From: Heteronotia binoei
Taxonomy: Eukaryota
NCBI RefSeq assembly: GCF_032191835.1
Contig: NC_083237.1
Coordinates: forward strand, 21,762,001 to 21,826,000
DNA length: 64,000 bases
Direction of reading: 5' to 3'
Shown here: positions 1 through 23,179 of the stretch, piece after piece
How the letters are laid out: every line of letters starts with the position of its first letter
Numbering within the stretch: the stretch's first letter is position 1
Notes under the pieces: generated by a model
The model's input: the letters and a program-made list of their open reading frames with translations, nothing else
What the model was told of the DNA's origin: nothing
Database searches by the model: none
Made by a program: the position numbers and the translations under genes

Positions 1-497
1 CAGGCACAGGTTTAAAGTTTGAATGTTGTTCTCCCACCCCAAACAGTAGCATGTGGGACAAGTATTCGGCCCTGTCATTTCTCTTGCGTGCCAGTTTTCT
101 ATGAGGAGGGAAATGTTTTTCTGCAGGGGTGGGTGGGAACATTGAAACATGCGCTTCTTTGCCTGCAGCGTGAACTGACACATTCCAGGAAAAAAGCAGA
201 TTGCTTTGACCCCCATTTGCGATTTCTTTCCTGCATGTATATAACTGCCTTCCTGCCAGTACATTCAAGGTGCTTTACAGTGTAAAATTTAAGACAAAAT
301 TTAACTAAACAAAACAGCAGAAGCATGTTGGTGTATGATGGATCACCTGCTTTTCAGGAATCCCAACCAATCCCTGCCTACGGGAGGAGTAGGCGGATAC
401 TCAGCAGCATCAGGCAAGGAGAGGTTGTAGAATCTCTGAGAGGAGGGTGGGGAGTTAAGTGGAGGGAAAGTCTATCATTGCCCAACAGGAAAAAACT

Positions 498-622
498 TGG
501 GATGCCAGCCTCCAGGTGAGACATGTAGATCTCCTGGGATTGCAGTTCATCTCCAGACTACAGTTCCCCTGGAGGAAATAGATGCTTTGCAGGGTGGACT
601 CTGTGGTACTGTACCCCACTGA
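498..622 (+). mobile_element. Partial non-autonomous hAT-like MITE (TAGGGTTGCCA-terminus family)
   Basis: Degenerate 5' terminus TGGGATGCCAGCCTCCAGG. Body (ctccagactacag...cagttcccctgga) is shared, in the opposite orientation, with copies at ~23180 and ~40250. Confidence 0.55.
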
Positions 623-697
623 GGCGCATGATCTAGCACAGTTATTTGTTAACATTTCCTTATTGACCACTTGCAGCCCATACCATAACTAAAATCA

Positions 698-1118
698 ACT
701 TTTTTTTTAAACAAACCAATCAAACTTTATTGAAATAAATAGTGGTTACAGCAAAAGGGATAGCAAAACTGAGAAGTCGTATCAATGAGACATATAAACA
801 ACCATATGCATCAGATTATCTTCATAACAATAATACATAAGAATGAATGGAAAATCTGGTTTGCTTAAATAAATACAGAGGTGCTTGTCAAAACATTAGA
901 AATAAAGCAAATCACGATAGTAAGCATTTTTTGGGATGACATGATTTGTCAGGTATTCCACTACGGGGTACCAAAGAGCTTGAAATTTCTGCTGATAAGT
1001 TGCTAGATCTGGCCTTAAGGTGTTATTTGGGATCTTGCCATACACAAAAGAGTCCCAGAGTTTATTTGCCATTGTTGGAGGTTCTTTGTCTTTCCATTTT
1101 GTGGCCATGACCTGTCTA
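698..1118 (-). mobile_element. L1 LINE 3' end fragment
   Basis: Minus-strand ORF ...KWKDKEPPT...WYPVVEYL resembles an L1 ORF2 C-terminus. It is followed on the minus strand by AATAAA and an A-tail (poly-T at ~698-708 on +). Confidence 0.7.
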
Positions 1119-1260
1119 GCAATACACAGTAAATATGAAATTAAGGTAAGAGTTATTTTGTTACCAGAAAAGGAAGGAAAGTGAGCTAAAAGAACTGATT
1201 CAGGTAAGTCTGGAACTTGGACTCCAGTAATAAGGAGGATGAACTTGAATAAAGTTTGAG

Positions 1261-1395
1261 CCCAGTGGCACCTTTAAGACCAACGAAGTTTTATTCAAGG
1301 TATAATATCTCATGTGCATGCACAGGAAAGCTCCTATCTTGAATAAAACTTGGTTAGTCGTAAAGGTGCCACCAGACTCAAACTTTGTTCTGCTG
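1261..1395. repeat. Imperfect palindromic repeat, probably Penelope-like-element derived
   Basis: Inverted arms cagtggcacctttaagaccaacgaagttttattcaagg / cttgaataaaacttggttagtcgtaaaggtgccacc. Related pieces at ~24290-24440, ~24790 and ~46355. Confidence 0.55.
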
Positions 1396-1754
1396 TCACA
1401 TGGTGGTCTTTTGGAAGCTGAGTGCATTAGCACTTTGCCGTGGTCTTCTCTGCTTGAGAACATTCAGCTCTGGGGAAGGAAAGAGGCTGGCTGGATTGCA
1501 GCACAGAATGGGCAGCCCGTCAGTGGTGAAGGATACTGTCAAGGTTGCCTGTGGTTTTATCGTGACTGAGATGCAGTGAGGCCTGGTACCTTTTTGCTGC
1601 ATGGAAATGCAGCTGGGGGTTTTTTGCATGAAAAGGGTGGTGTGTGATCCTGTTCTGCTGCACCAGAATGTTTGATAACACATTTTTAATACAGTTCTTT
1701 CCCCCCCCCTCTTTTTGTTTTCTACTCTTTCCCTGCCGGCTCCATCCCCTACAG

Positions 1755-1781
1755 TCGTAGAAAAGACCAGCACTCAGAATG
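1755..1781 (+). CDS. PRSS8: Candidate PRSS8 micro-exon (phase 1-1, VVEKTSTQN)
   Basis: Long polypyrimidine tract + CTACAG acceptor and G|GTAAGA donor. 27 nt, keeps frame into the exon at 3086. The signal-peptide exon could not be identified with confidence. Confidence 0.45.
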
Positions 1782-2558
1782 GTAAGAAACCTCTGAATGT
1801 TACCCAGAAAACATCCCTTGATGTTTTTCCTGTTTCTTCGTGGATAAATGTTGCTATACATCTTGGCTGCCATTATTCAGGCTCCCAATAGCAGTGCCAT
1901 CCATATTTCCTGTTACCAAAGGAAATCCTGGAGCAGAAGATGGCAGCTTTTTCAGTCTTGGTGCCAAAAAGCCTGAAATGTCAGTTTCTGAAGAAGTTGG
2001 AGTGTTGGCAAGCAAGGGGGAGGGTAGCTGGGGATTGCATTTTGCCAGTCACTCTGGAAGGCGGGCAAGTTGACTCTTAGTGCCAGTCAGTCTTTATTAC
2101 AACCCATAGGCTGCTCAGAGGCAAGAGTAAAGCAGATAATAACACCAGTATAAAATTAATTACTACATAAAGCCCCTCAATAACATCAGTTGTCTTAAGG
2201 AAAGGTTAGAATCTGAATAATATTATGCATGGGATGTTATCTTGGCTTGTATTTTAATTGCAGAACATAGAAAATTCTCAACAGAAAGAGTAGCTTTTTG
2301 GTCATCCTCTGCCAATAAGATTGTTAGAGTCTTGTTGACTTGTCGTGGCCCTGCCACTGCTCAAAGGGCTTGTCCTGGACAGAGAACTGGCCCTCTGTGC
2401 CAAGCAAAATGGTGTCTGGCCCACAAATAAGGGTTCTCTTGCCTATGCCCGTTCTCTTGTCATGTGCAGGGAACTGAAGGCCTGCCTCCTGAGTTCTGCA
2501 CATCTTAAATCTTTGTTTATTCACTGAAGTAAATTTAAAGTAGATTATATGTACATAT

Positions 2559-2915
2559 GTGCTGTCGTGTCATAACTGACTTATGGTGACCCCAGCATGG
2601 CGCTTTCAAGACAAGTGAGAAGCAGAGGCTGGGCATTGCCCTTCTCTGCAAAGTCTTTCCTTGGTGATGTGTCCCATCCAGGGCTTTTTTTGTAGCAGGA
2701 ACTTCTTTGCATATTAGGCCACACCCCTGATGCAGCCAATCCTCCTGGAGCTTACAGTAGGCCCTGTACTAAGAGCCCTGTAAGCTGTTAGAGGATTGGC
2801 TTCATCAGGGGTGTGTGGCCTAATATGCAAAGGAGTTCCTGCTACAAACAAAGCCCTGGTCCCATCCAAGTACCAACCCTGCTTAGCTTTCAAGAGCTGA
2901 CAAGATTGGTCTATA
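2559..2915 (-). mobile_element. 5S rRNA-derived SINE interrupted by a hAT MITE
   Basis: Reverse strand reads atcttgtcagctcttgaaagctaagcagggttggtacttggatgggac (5S-like) and is split at 2679-2858 by a MITE. Confidence 0.6.
2679..2858. mobile_element. Palindromic hAT-type MITE with perfect 8-bp TSD
   Basis: Ends CAGGGCTTTTTTTGTAG...CTACAAACAAAGCCCTG and is nearly a full hairpin. GTCCCATC is duplicated at 2671-2678 and 2859-2866. Confidence 0.85.
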
Positions 2916-3085
2916 CCATACCATACCACCAAAGCAGGTTACGGAATTATAAAAACAAAGCAATAAAAAGACCAGTTGAAGAGCCCAGAGTGCTGACACG
3001 CACGTGCCAATTACTTATCATGTAAGAAACCTTTTCTTCCCCACTGTACAAAGCTTTTCATAGACTGTTTCTCTCTTGTCTGCAG

Positions 3086-6000
3086 TATTATGTGGGGTGC
3101 CTGTCCTAGGGCGGATCTTGGGTGGCACAGATGCCAAGAGTGGACAGTGGCCCTGGCAAGTGGGCTTTAGTATCCACAGTCAGCATCATGTCTGCGGAGG
3201 CACCCTCATCACCCCCGAGTGGGTGATCACGGCAGCCCATTGCTTTCCCAGGTAAGTGTCCCCCTAGCCCAAGGTTGCAGGTGTTCGAGGGCAGCAATGG
3301 GGAGGGAAGGTGCCTTTTGGAAGTGTCATCGATATATATATTAAATATCTGGTGTGGGTTCAAGTTTCAGAACTAGTTGTCAGTCTGGTGAGGCACAAGG
3401 ACAGTGTGGGATACAGCAATAAATGCTTCGTCGTCTTCTGTGACGCTAGAACTTGAAGTCATAATAATCATGCTTAGCTTTGTGTAGCACTCCCGAGTGC
3501 TCAAAGCCCTCCATGCATGTAATCATTCCAAACAGCCCTGTAGGGCAGGTCATTGGTGTTATCCCCACAATAAAGATAGGATGCTGAGGCTGGGGGGCTT
3601 ATTCAAGATCGACTCACGAGTTGTGATGGGAGGGAGGTTCAGCCCAGAGATTCCCTGATGGAAAGGTCTGCATCAGATCTCAGTAAAACTGAGTGCCCAA
3701 GGAAAGGAAACCTTTACATAACACGTTGTTAACTTGTAGAATTCACCACCCCAAGATGTGCTGAGAAAAAGTCATGCAGGGTTGGGTCTTTCCTTAGCTA
3801 GGATACATAAATGTAACCTCTGTGTCCAGAGCCAGCTTGCATCAAGTATCTGTTTCTAGGGGCCAGATGTGGGGAAAGGCTTACTGCCCTCAAGGGCCTA
3901 TTTATGTGCTTCCAAGAGAGGGATAGTCGCAGCTGGAAGGACTAGATTGGATGGTTTGGTCCAGGGCTAGATAAGATGTTTTGGTCCACTGGGATGTCTC
4001 TTAGCTTCTCAGTGGCATATCCCTTTTGCTTGTTAAGAAATGTATCTCAGTGTGTTTTCTCTTTTTTTTCAGTGTGCACCCGATTGGTATTTATGACGTG
4101 ACCCTGGGGGCCTTCCAGCTCAAAAACCCCACAGGGGACATGGTAGTGAGGCAGGTGGAGAAAGTTATCAAACACCCTGACTATACAGATGAAGGGTCCA
4201 AAGGGGACATTGCCCTGGTGAAGCTCAAGCAACCGGTCACTTACAGCCGCACCATCCGGCCCATCTGCCTTCCCGCCTCTTCCGTCAACTTCCCTGCCGG
4301 CATGAAGTGCACCATCACTGGCTGGGGCAATGTGCTCACATCTAGTAAGGAGGGATATTTCATCTGGGGACCATAATCTTTCAGGTTTACTCAGCAATTC
4401 TTGCCCTAGCTCTGGGACACAAACCAGCGCCAGTTCCAGGTTTTTGGAGCCCTGGGCAGACAATGCCCTTCTGCCTGCCATTCTACCCAGCCTACCTGTG
4501 TATTCCCATCTGGCAGTGAATCCTTCCTTTGCTCACCAGCCCTCCCACTGCCTGTGCTCACAACCACCTGCATCACATTTGTGCCCTTTTCCCAACAGCA
4601 CTGGCTGGTGCAGCTACCAGGAATGCTGCCCTTGTGTGCTACTAGTAGGAGCTTCCCCATCACCACTGGGAAGCTGGGAGTATGGGAGGCAAAATGGTTG
4701 CAAGCTGGGAAAGGCATGTGGACAGGTGACAGGGGAGGTGGACAGGTGAAATGATGTGTGACAGGGAGTCCCACCAGAAGCTTTGGACCCTGCAAGTTTC
4801 CCTGCCTCAGAATATGCTGTCAGCCCTGACACAAACCACGTTTGGGATGGGAGGGTCTAGCTGTTAGTAGAGGGGCCTCATACTGCCAAATATTTCCCCA
4901 AGGCAGTCTGCACTCACCAGGGCTCAGTCCCAGATCCTGACAATTTCAGCACATTTCAAATTATAATGGGGAGGGGGTGCCTTTGAATATTTGTAGAGCA
5001 CTTTTTCTCTTCGAGAGCCAGTTTGGTGTAGTGGTTAAGTGTGCGGACTCTTATCTGTGAGAACCAGGTTTGATTCCCCACTCCTCCACTTGCAGCTGCT
5101 GGAATGGCCTTGGGTCAGCCATAGCTCTCGCAAAGCAGTCCTTGAAAGGGCAGCTTCTGGGAAAGCTCTCTCAGCCCCATCTACCTCACAGGGTGTCTGT
5201 TGTGAGGAAGGAAGGTAAAGGAGATTGTAAGCTACTCTGAGATTCAGAGTGAAGGGCGGGGTATAAATCCAATATCTTCTCCTTCTCACACTTGCACAGA
5301 AAGCTACTGTCTTTAACCGCAGCCCAGTCCCGCTTCTAATAAATCTGTGGTGCGGCCTGTATTTGGAATGGAGTCTGCAGTTCTAAATGAGTGTTGCATC
5401 CCTCCTTCCAAGCCCCCAGCCACTAATCCTGAATGTTCTCTTGCGTTCAGCCAGCCTCCCTGCGCCCATGACCCTGCAGCAGCTAGAAGTGCCCATTATT
5501 GGGATTGACACCTGTCGCTGCCTATACAGCTTGAACCCTGATCCTGAAGACCCCCACGTCATCCACAATGACATGATGTGCGCTGGCCATGCCGAAGGCA
5601 AGAAGGACGCCTGTCAGGTAAGGTTGCATGGAGGGGAAGTCGGTGGGAGTGTCCAGGAAGTGGAGGAGGAGGAAGGAGTAGAGGGAGTGAATTAAAAGAA
5701 TGGCACCTTTTGTGAAACTTGGCCTGCTTGTTCATTTCAGTTATGTTTGAACTTCCTGGTAGATCCATGCCCCATATTAATTAGTGCTCATTAGGACAAT
5801 TTTGAGGAGCCCCGTGGCACAGGGTGGTAAGCTGCAGTACTGCAGTCCAAGCTCTGCTCACGACCGGAGTTCGATCCTGGCAGAAGCTGGGTTCAGGTTC
5901 CTGCCTCAAGGTTGACTCAGTTTTTCACCCTTCCGAGGTCAGTAAAATGAGTACCCAGCTTGCTGGTGGTGAAGTGTAGATGATAGGGGAAGGCAATGGC

Positions 6001-8075
6001 AAACCACCCCATTAAAAATCTGCTGTGAAAATGTGATGCAACGTCACCCCAGAGTTGGAAACGACTGGTACTTGCACAGGGGACTAACGTTACCTTTTAG
6101 GGACTTCCTCTGCTGGTTCGTCAATAACATTAAAGTTACAACTTCTGAAAATCTCCTTAAGCTCCTTAAGAGTTGTGGGTGCTGAACCATTAAAGCCCCC
6201 CACCCCTGCTGAAAGACCCTTGTGAAGTGTCATCCTGTTTTCCTTCAGGTCCTGTGTTTCCCATAATTCCCTGCCAGACGCTTAGCACAGAGAGGGGAAG
6301 CTGCCTTGATAGCCAACTGTTCAGACATTAGAGTGCCAAAATGTAGCCGAGGAGGGGGAAGTCTCAAAGGAGGGGGTGGAGACAATGGGTGCAACAGGAC
6401 GTCATCCCATGGGTTGATAACTCAGTGCTTGCACAGGGGACTACCTTTTTACCTAGGACGATTTTGCTCTGACCTGGCTAGCTCATCCTTGTCAGATCTT
6501 GAAAGCTAAGCAGGGTGGCCCTGGTCAGTACCTGGATGGGAAATCACTGAGAAATTCCAGGGTCATGGCATGGAGGCAGGCAATAGCAAACCACCTCTAA
6601 ATATCTCTTGCCTTGAAAACCCTATGGAGTCACCATAAGTCGGCTGTGACATGACAGCGCTTTCCTCCACCACCACCGCACAGGAGAATTTTGGTGTTTT
6701 TCTCAGCCACCAAAATGTCTTGGCAAAGCATCCGTTTATGTATACGGAAGTGGGGGAAAGAAAGCTGTTCTGGTTGACTTGTGGATTCAAATCCCCCTTT
6801 TCTTTTAGAAAACACGCGCTAAACATCCCTTTGCTGCTCAGATTATGATGTCTGTTCTAAATTTCAGCGGTGGCCAAGGAGCCATTTTCTCTGAGTTTTC
6901 ACCACAGTGCTGCTGTGAAATGCCTAAACGGTTCCCAGCTGTGTAGGCTGAGCTGGTCACATAAGTCCTGATAGCAAAACCCTCACCTCTGATTGTGGCT
7001 AACGATGGTTTTGAGTTGAGGTTGGCCCCACTTGTGAGGTTGCAGGCTTTTAAATGTTTAAGCAACTCCATAGTCATGGCCCTAACGCATTTCCCTACTG
7101 GACTGAGAAGTACAAGATCGCTAATCCAGATGGATTTTGTGATGACTATCCCAGTATGCTGGACTCCTTAACTGATGCTTGTGACCAATGTTCCCTCTAA
7201 ACTGACTTAGTGTGAACTACCTCACAGTTTTGAAGCCTCTGGGCCACACATTTTTGTCTTAGCTCAGGAAGGCTGGACTCAAAGCAAACTAATTTATGCC
7301 GTAGCTCAAAACTTTAATGCCAGTAGCTCACAAAGTAGAATTTTTGCTCACGACTCTACAGTTTATAGGGAGCACTACATGTGACCAATGCTGCCTGTAA
7401 GCTGTGGAGTCTTGTGAGCAAAAACTCTACTTTGTGAGCTACTGGCATTAAAATTGTGAGCTGCTGCATAAATTAGTTTGCTCTGGGTCGTTTTTCCAGA
7501 GTTAAGAAAAAATGTGAGCTGGAGGCTAAAAAACTGAGCAAGCTCACACTAACTCAGCTTAGTGGGAATACTGCTTTCTAGAGTGAAGTGTCATTTCCTG
7601 GCCTCCCAAACTTCCTCCTCCCCATCTTCCAACCCCCCCAAGCCCCCTCGCCACATGTACCTTCTTTTCCTAATTCCTGCCGTTTTTCTAGGGTGACTCC
7701 GGAGGGCCCCTGTCCTGCCGCGTAGGCAATTCCTGGTTATTGGCCGGGGTTGTAAGCTGGGGAGATGCATGTGGGGCTGCCAACAGGCCTGGTGTCTATA
7801 CCCGCACCTCGAACTATGCTGCCTGGATTAAGGAGAACATTCCAGAGATGGAGTTCAGCCAATCAACTGTCAATATGGAGCCCGTGTCCGAGGAGGGCAT
7901 GTGCAATGATACAGCTGGCCAGCCAGGCCGTTATGATGAGTTTCAGCCTCTGCCAGGCGGGTTCCGCCCCATCACCCCTAAACCGCCTTCTGGGAACAGC
8001 GCCACCTCCTGGGCCTGCACTGCCACCCTGCCCCTTCTGTTTCTCCTCCTCCTGAGCCTCTGCTACCTCCTGTAA
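3086..8075 (+). CDS. PRSS8: Prostasin (GPI-anchored trypsin-like serine protease); exons 3086-3251, 4073-4344, 5451-5617, 7692-8075 (terminal exon A); 5' exons unresolved
   Basis: GT-AG exons with matching phases. Activation site LGR|ILGG; triad TAAHC / GDIAL / GDSGGP; S1 Asp in DACQG; prostasin-like LQQLEVP..CxCLY; hydrophobic C-terminal GPI signal. Tail-to-tail with KAT8 as in mammals. Confidence 0.9.
5013..5285 (+). mobile_element. tRNA-related SINE (Squam3-like)
   Basis: agccagtttggtgtagtggttaag head and ...gggtataaatccaatatcttct tail. Same family at 12800-13032, 14886-15156 and 21004-21276. Confidence 0.75.
5806..6097 (+). mobile_element. Sauria-type SINE
   Basis: tRNA-like head with B box (ggagttcgatcc), central aaggttgactcag...gagtacccagc, RTE-like ggggaaggcaatggcaaaccacc, and an ACCTTT tail. 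Confidence 0.8.
6470..6676 (+). mobile_element. 5S rRNA-derived SINE with RTE/Bov-B-like tail
   Basis: gtcagatcttgaaagctaagcagggtggccctggtcagtacctggatggga parallels the 5S internal control region and continues into ggcaatagcaaaccacctct. Confidence 0.7.
7186..7573. mobile_element. Two oppositely oriented hAT-like MITEs forming a ~390-bp inverted repeat
   Basis: Copy 1 at 7186-7377 has TSD CTTGTGAC/CATGTGAC. Copy 2 at 7386-7573 is its reverse complement, separated only by that 8-mer. Confidence 0.75.
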
Positions 8076-8953
8076 ATTGCACTTCAGATCTGGTCAGTAA
8101 ACCCACCTGCCCAATGATTGTATAGGGAAGAGGTCCCTTCTTTACTACCACTTCCACTCCATGTTCAATTGGATGGTTGCAATATTTCAGTCAGTCACAT
8201 CTCAAAATTTTGCTGTCTTCTGAAAGCAGGTGATTGTGTTGAATAGACTCTGGTCTTATTTTACAAGATGGCGGCCTGGTGCCTCAGCAGAAGCTTCCTC
8301 CAGGAAGTGAGGTTCAGTCCGATGTCTGCCTTGGGCCAGTGCCATCAGCTAGCCACCATCTAGGATAAACTGAGGTCCGCTTGATTCACATCTCACTTCA
8401 GTTGCTTCTAGCCGGTTAATTCGTTAACAGCCCGCTGCTTTTAAAAAGCTGTACTGTGGCTTGAGGCAATGGTGTAGGCCCAAAATGGCTGCCCCCCTGC
8501 AGCTTCACAGTGGAGAACAGGCTCCCGCCAAACTAGGAAATTCAGTTCACTCTCCTCTTTGTGCCAGTTCCTAGTTCTCATCCCTTCCCTTATCTCTGAA
8601 TTTGCTGTTTGGCATCCCATGCCAGTCTCCTGCCAGATCCTCACATAAATCCTTCAACCTTGATAGCTTGTGATTGACATTTCTGCCAGTTCCCTTCAAG
8701 CTGTCTGCAAGGTCAGACCTCCTGTGGCTGCCAGCCATGGCTCTTTGTGGAAATGATTTCATCTACCTACAAAACCGTCCCAGAGGCTTTTGTTGCTTCC
8801 TTCTAGTTCAGTCTAACACTGTCCACGCTGTTTCTACCACCATCACATTGTACTTTATCTGACCTCACTCCAGGGAATGAGCCGGGCCTTCCTCATTGAA
8901 CTCTGTGTTATTCTTCAGTTCCCAGCCCACCTCATGGGCAAGCCTAATGTTGA

Positions 8954-9271
<318 letters not shown>

Positions 9272-9444
9272 GAAACTGCCATTTTACCCACGTCTCCTGC
9301 CAGCCCAGGGACTGAAAGTGGAGATGGAGAAGCACACTGTTACAAGGCCCTTCTTTGTGTGGCAGTAATAGCCTTATTTTTGTACTGACTGATGTGCATG
9401 TTTGAAGCAGGACACTGATTTCATTTTAAGCTTCAGTGCGGGCC

Positions 9445-9450
9445 AATAAA
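9445..9450 (+). terminator. Poly(A) signal AATAAA after PRSS8 exon B (a second one at 9854-9859)
   Basis: Canonical hexamer 174 nt after the exon B stop. I saw no AATAAA between exons A and B. Confidence 0.5.
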
Positions 9451-11953
9451 TCCCTCCATTGGGGTTTAGGCTTTCTGGGATGCATGTATGGATGTGGCAG
9501 TACTCTGGAGAATCATGTCATCAGCACAACACCCAACCCCTCTTCCTTCTGAATGAAGTCTTCCAGGCCTTATTTATGATCCAGTGGGACTTAAATGTGA
9601 AGTGGGCTGGATGAGGATCTCTCAGCACACGCAGGCTGGCAAGATATCTATGGACAGAGCTTCTACCCATATGGACTAAAAGGGGGCGGTTCACTGTTCT
9701 GTGAAAACCTGCAGCTTGCCTTCCCTGGGAACTTAAGCAATCTTTGTATTTGCACATTTTTATCGCTTGAACTAAATCCAGGTATATGAGCATCTCTTTC
9801 TTGATCAAATGGGAAAGAGAGCTTTTGAAGATACTCTTGCAATGAAGGTTTTTAATAAACTTAATGGTAGTTGTGGCGTCAAGAAGGCTGTGTTACTTAA
9901 AGACAACCCAGGTGCCCTCCTCCTGCTGTGTTAGATGGCATGGCTGAATTTATGAGGAAGAAACAAATGCACATACATTTACTGGAGTGTAGTGGCAAAA
10001 AATGGAAGCGAAACAGAACAAGGAAAGGCCATTCTGGGTCAGGCTGCTTGGGTAAAACAGCAGGCACTGATCTCTCTGGAAGCTGCACAGGAGCTTAACT
10101 TTCACCTGGTACTGTCAGGAACATGACAGCCCTGCTGGATCAGACCAATAGTTTATCCAGTCCAGCATCCTGTCTCTCAGAGTGGCCAACCAGTTACTGT
10201 GGAGAGCCAACAATAAGGCATAGAAAGGCTGCTGCCTCTGAATATGGAGGTTCTATTTAGTCACCTGACTAGCAGCTGCTGTTAGACTTTTTCTGCATGA
10301 ATCTGTTGAAGAAGCTGCCCAGCTGGAATTACATTCCTACCCCCGAGATCTTCAGTGAGTGAGGCTACTTCTCCACTGTCTCTATTTTTGCTTTCTGGAA
10401 TAGTGAACAGAAAAGGGGGAGGTACATGTGGTGAAAAGCAGTGGTGGCTTGGGAGGGAAGGTAGTAGAAGTACATTCTCTTCTACAAACAGGAACTTACG
10501 TTTGCGTCCTCCTGATCTTAGCAGAACAGGCAGTGAAGTGGAATGTTGGCTAACCTTTAGTACATGTGCTGAAGATAACAAAACATCTGAGCCCTGCCTG
10601 CCGAAACTCGGTCTTCCACCATTCCTTTTCTGAGCCCCACCTCCATCCACTACCAGTTTCCCATTTCTGGCCATCTCCCCCATGCAAGGTTCTTTACTAC
10701 GCTAGCAGTAGTAAAGATGCTGTTCAGCACACACACCAAACCCCTATATCATACTTCTTTTTTTAATTAAAATAATTCTCAAGATAACAGAAAACACATT
10801 GTGTACATGGAGCATGAGCCTACTAGCTATAGCCAGACTACCATGTGGCTAGTGTATCTTGTGCAGGCCTCAGCCCTGCCAGCAGGTACCAGGTATGCAA
10901 GGAGGTGGCTGCAGGAAGATAAGAGGCAGCCCCTCCCCCTTCTGACAGGGGCCAAGGGACTTGCTAGACTCTCCTCTCTCACTGAGCACCAATAAAGTCA
11001 GATTTCACCACTGGAACTGGGGGGTGGGGCAGAAAGAGAACCATCACACATTACATCTAAAGCGGTTCGAAAGAAAAAGCTTGAAGCACTTCCTAAACTT
11101 CCCTTTCTTGATATAAGATCTCTTTTGTTCAAAGGGGAGACGCAAAGGGCAGGGCAACTCACATCTCGCTTAGAAACCCACTATTCCTGACACTGCCTTA
11201 AATGCAGTTTTGGCAGCTACTGAAGAGGAGGGGAGCTGCAGTCTCTTCTGGCTTCACTTTAAGAGCAAGAAACTGTCAGTGGTAACTGGCCCCATCCTCT
11301 TTTTCCAAACAGACCATAGACAGATGACACAGGGAAGGCCCAGGGAGCCAGAATTTTAAGAGTTTCTGCCCTTTAGCATCCATCTGCTAGAAAGGGAGGG
11401 GGGAAGGATGACAGTTTGACATGCACAGAGCAGAAAAACCACCAACCATTTCAACTCTCAAAACTGATGGGTTGGGGAAAACTGTTCTTCCACCAGCAGG
11501 GTCCTAAAAGCCCCTTAAATACTGCTGCTGCCACCCACCCATTTTCTGCAAATGGCTTCCCCAGCATCCTTCCCACTTAAGCTTTCCCCCTCTTTAACCT
11601 GCCTGCTAAGGTACGCAGAGGCAGCCCAAAAGGCTTGTGCTGGAGCAGCTCGGAAACTGGCTGTGCTTTCAGGCCTAAAAGGGTGACTCCCAACCATAAC
11701 ATTCTGTGGGAAGATGAGAACAGGACTTACAAGCTGAAGGGGCCTCGAAAGAGCCAATGAACAACAGTACTTGAGATGCTGCAACAGTGGGGGACTCTTT
11801 CCCCCTCCCCCATTTCCTCCAACCCATCGGCTCAAAGCACATCCAATCAATGCAAGTCCAACACAAAATGTCTGGCCTTCGACCATCTCTTAAAATGAAA
11901 GGTGGATGTGAACTGAGGGGGAGCTTCTTCCATTCTTCTTGTCCCTGGCTCCC

Positions 11954-21826
<9,873 letters not shown>

Positions 21827-23179
21827 GACGACCGCCACGGCGACAGCTCCGGCACACACGCGCTACCCCTCCGCAAACAACGGTTTCCAACCGTCTAGGC
21901 CGCAACCGGAAGTGATACCTCCAGATGGCGGAGCACAAGATGGGCTTGGCGGGGGGGGGGGCGTCTGGCGCGCGGGAGTGACGTCACCGACTCGCGGGTC
22001 ACATGACAGGGAGGCTGGCGACAGCAACGGCGCGTTGGAGAGTGCTGAGAGGTTGCCAGGAGACGGAGGCTGATCAGAACTGAAAACATCCGTATGTTGT
22101 TGGACCGAACAAAATCCAGAAAAAGAAACAGTTTGGTGTGCTACCTTTAATTGAGGCCAGTCCAAATGTCACAACAAGGTTCATCAAGTGGTTGTTTTAA
22201 AAATTTAAAAATGGAAGATGAAAAAAGATCAATTTTTCCATATCCACCTCTTAAGACCCCGTCATGCTGGATTCTGTGTTTGTTTCCCTCCAGAATGTTA
22301 TGACCCACCGTTATTTGTAAGGCAACTGCAGAAATCTAACGTGTCCAGCAAAACTGAATCTACTTGTATCCAATGGCTAAGGCTGGCATGACTGTGTCTT
22401 TGAGACCTCGACCTGGAAAATTCGCTTTTTCCTCCGTCATTTTTTATTCTTGTAACATCTGCCTGATGAAGGGCTCTATAGAACTGGGCAGCTTCCCCAA
22501 CATGTCAGTAAAAGGTATTAAATGATTTTGTTTCTTTGAAGAGGTAGGCAATCAGTGCCAAATCAGTGTGGGAGCTGCTGAAGAACATTTTCTCCTCCTG
22601 GAATAAAATGGGTTGCAGACATGTTTTTGACCTACATTGGGAGCTAAAAGTAGCCTTAAAATTTAAAGTGTTTTCCCTTTGGGTTCTGTTAGAAAGAACT
22701 ACCTGTCCTTAGAGGAACTCATCCTGTTCTCCAAGTTTGTTTGTGAGGCAAAAACTCTGTGGGATTTATCCCCAGAACCTTTGTCTGGGAATAAGTCCCA
22801 CAATTAAGACATACTTTCAAGTAAACATGCAAAGGTGCCTCACTGAACTGAGACTAATTCAGAGCAGCAATTCATACAGAGATGCAACAGGCAGCTACCT
22901 CAAGGCAGGAAATCTGACTAAGGTTCTGCTGAGGGGCAACCAAATTATACAGACATGCTCTGTACAGAAATATCAGAGCTGTCAGAGCTCAGCAAAAGGT
23001 GATCAAAAGGCAAACTCAGAGGAGTGATTCATGTGTTAATGTGACAGGCAGCCTTCTTTGTAGGCAAGTCATTCTCTGACGCCTGTATAGGAATGACTGT
23101 GTGATCCAATAATAGTCAATGCAGAGACATAACCCACTTGCCCTACATGAAGACTGTCTGGAAAGAGACAGCAGTAAAA

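Noticed and set aside
1385-1579. MVVFWKLSALAL... as the PRSS8 signal-peptide exon
   Set aside because: Hydrophobic, but I found no convincing phase-1 donor in frame; left unresolved.
6470-6570. 5S rRNA gene
   Set aside because: Diverged and incomplete, with no T-run terminator, and it runs into an RTE-like tail; it is a SINE head.
22460-22500. Hammerhead ribozyme-like motifs of Penelope-derived repeats (also ~1300-1340, 24340-24395, 32050-32085, 46400-46435)
   Set aside because: The CUGANGA or GAAA core, or stem II, is mutated or deleted in every copy I examined; these are relics and unlikely to cleave.
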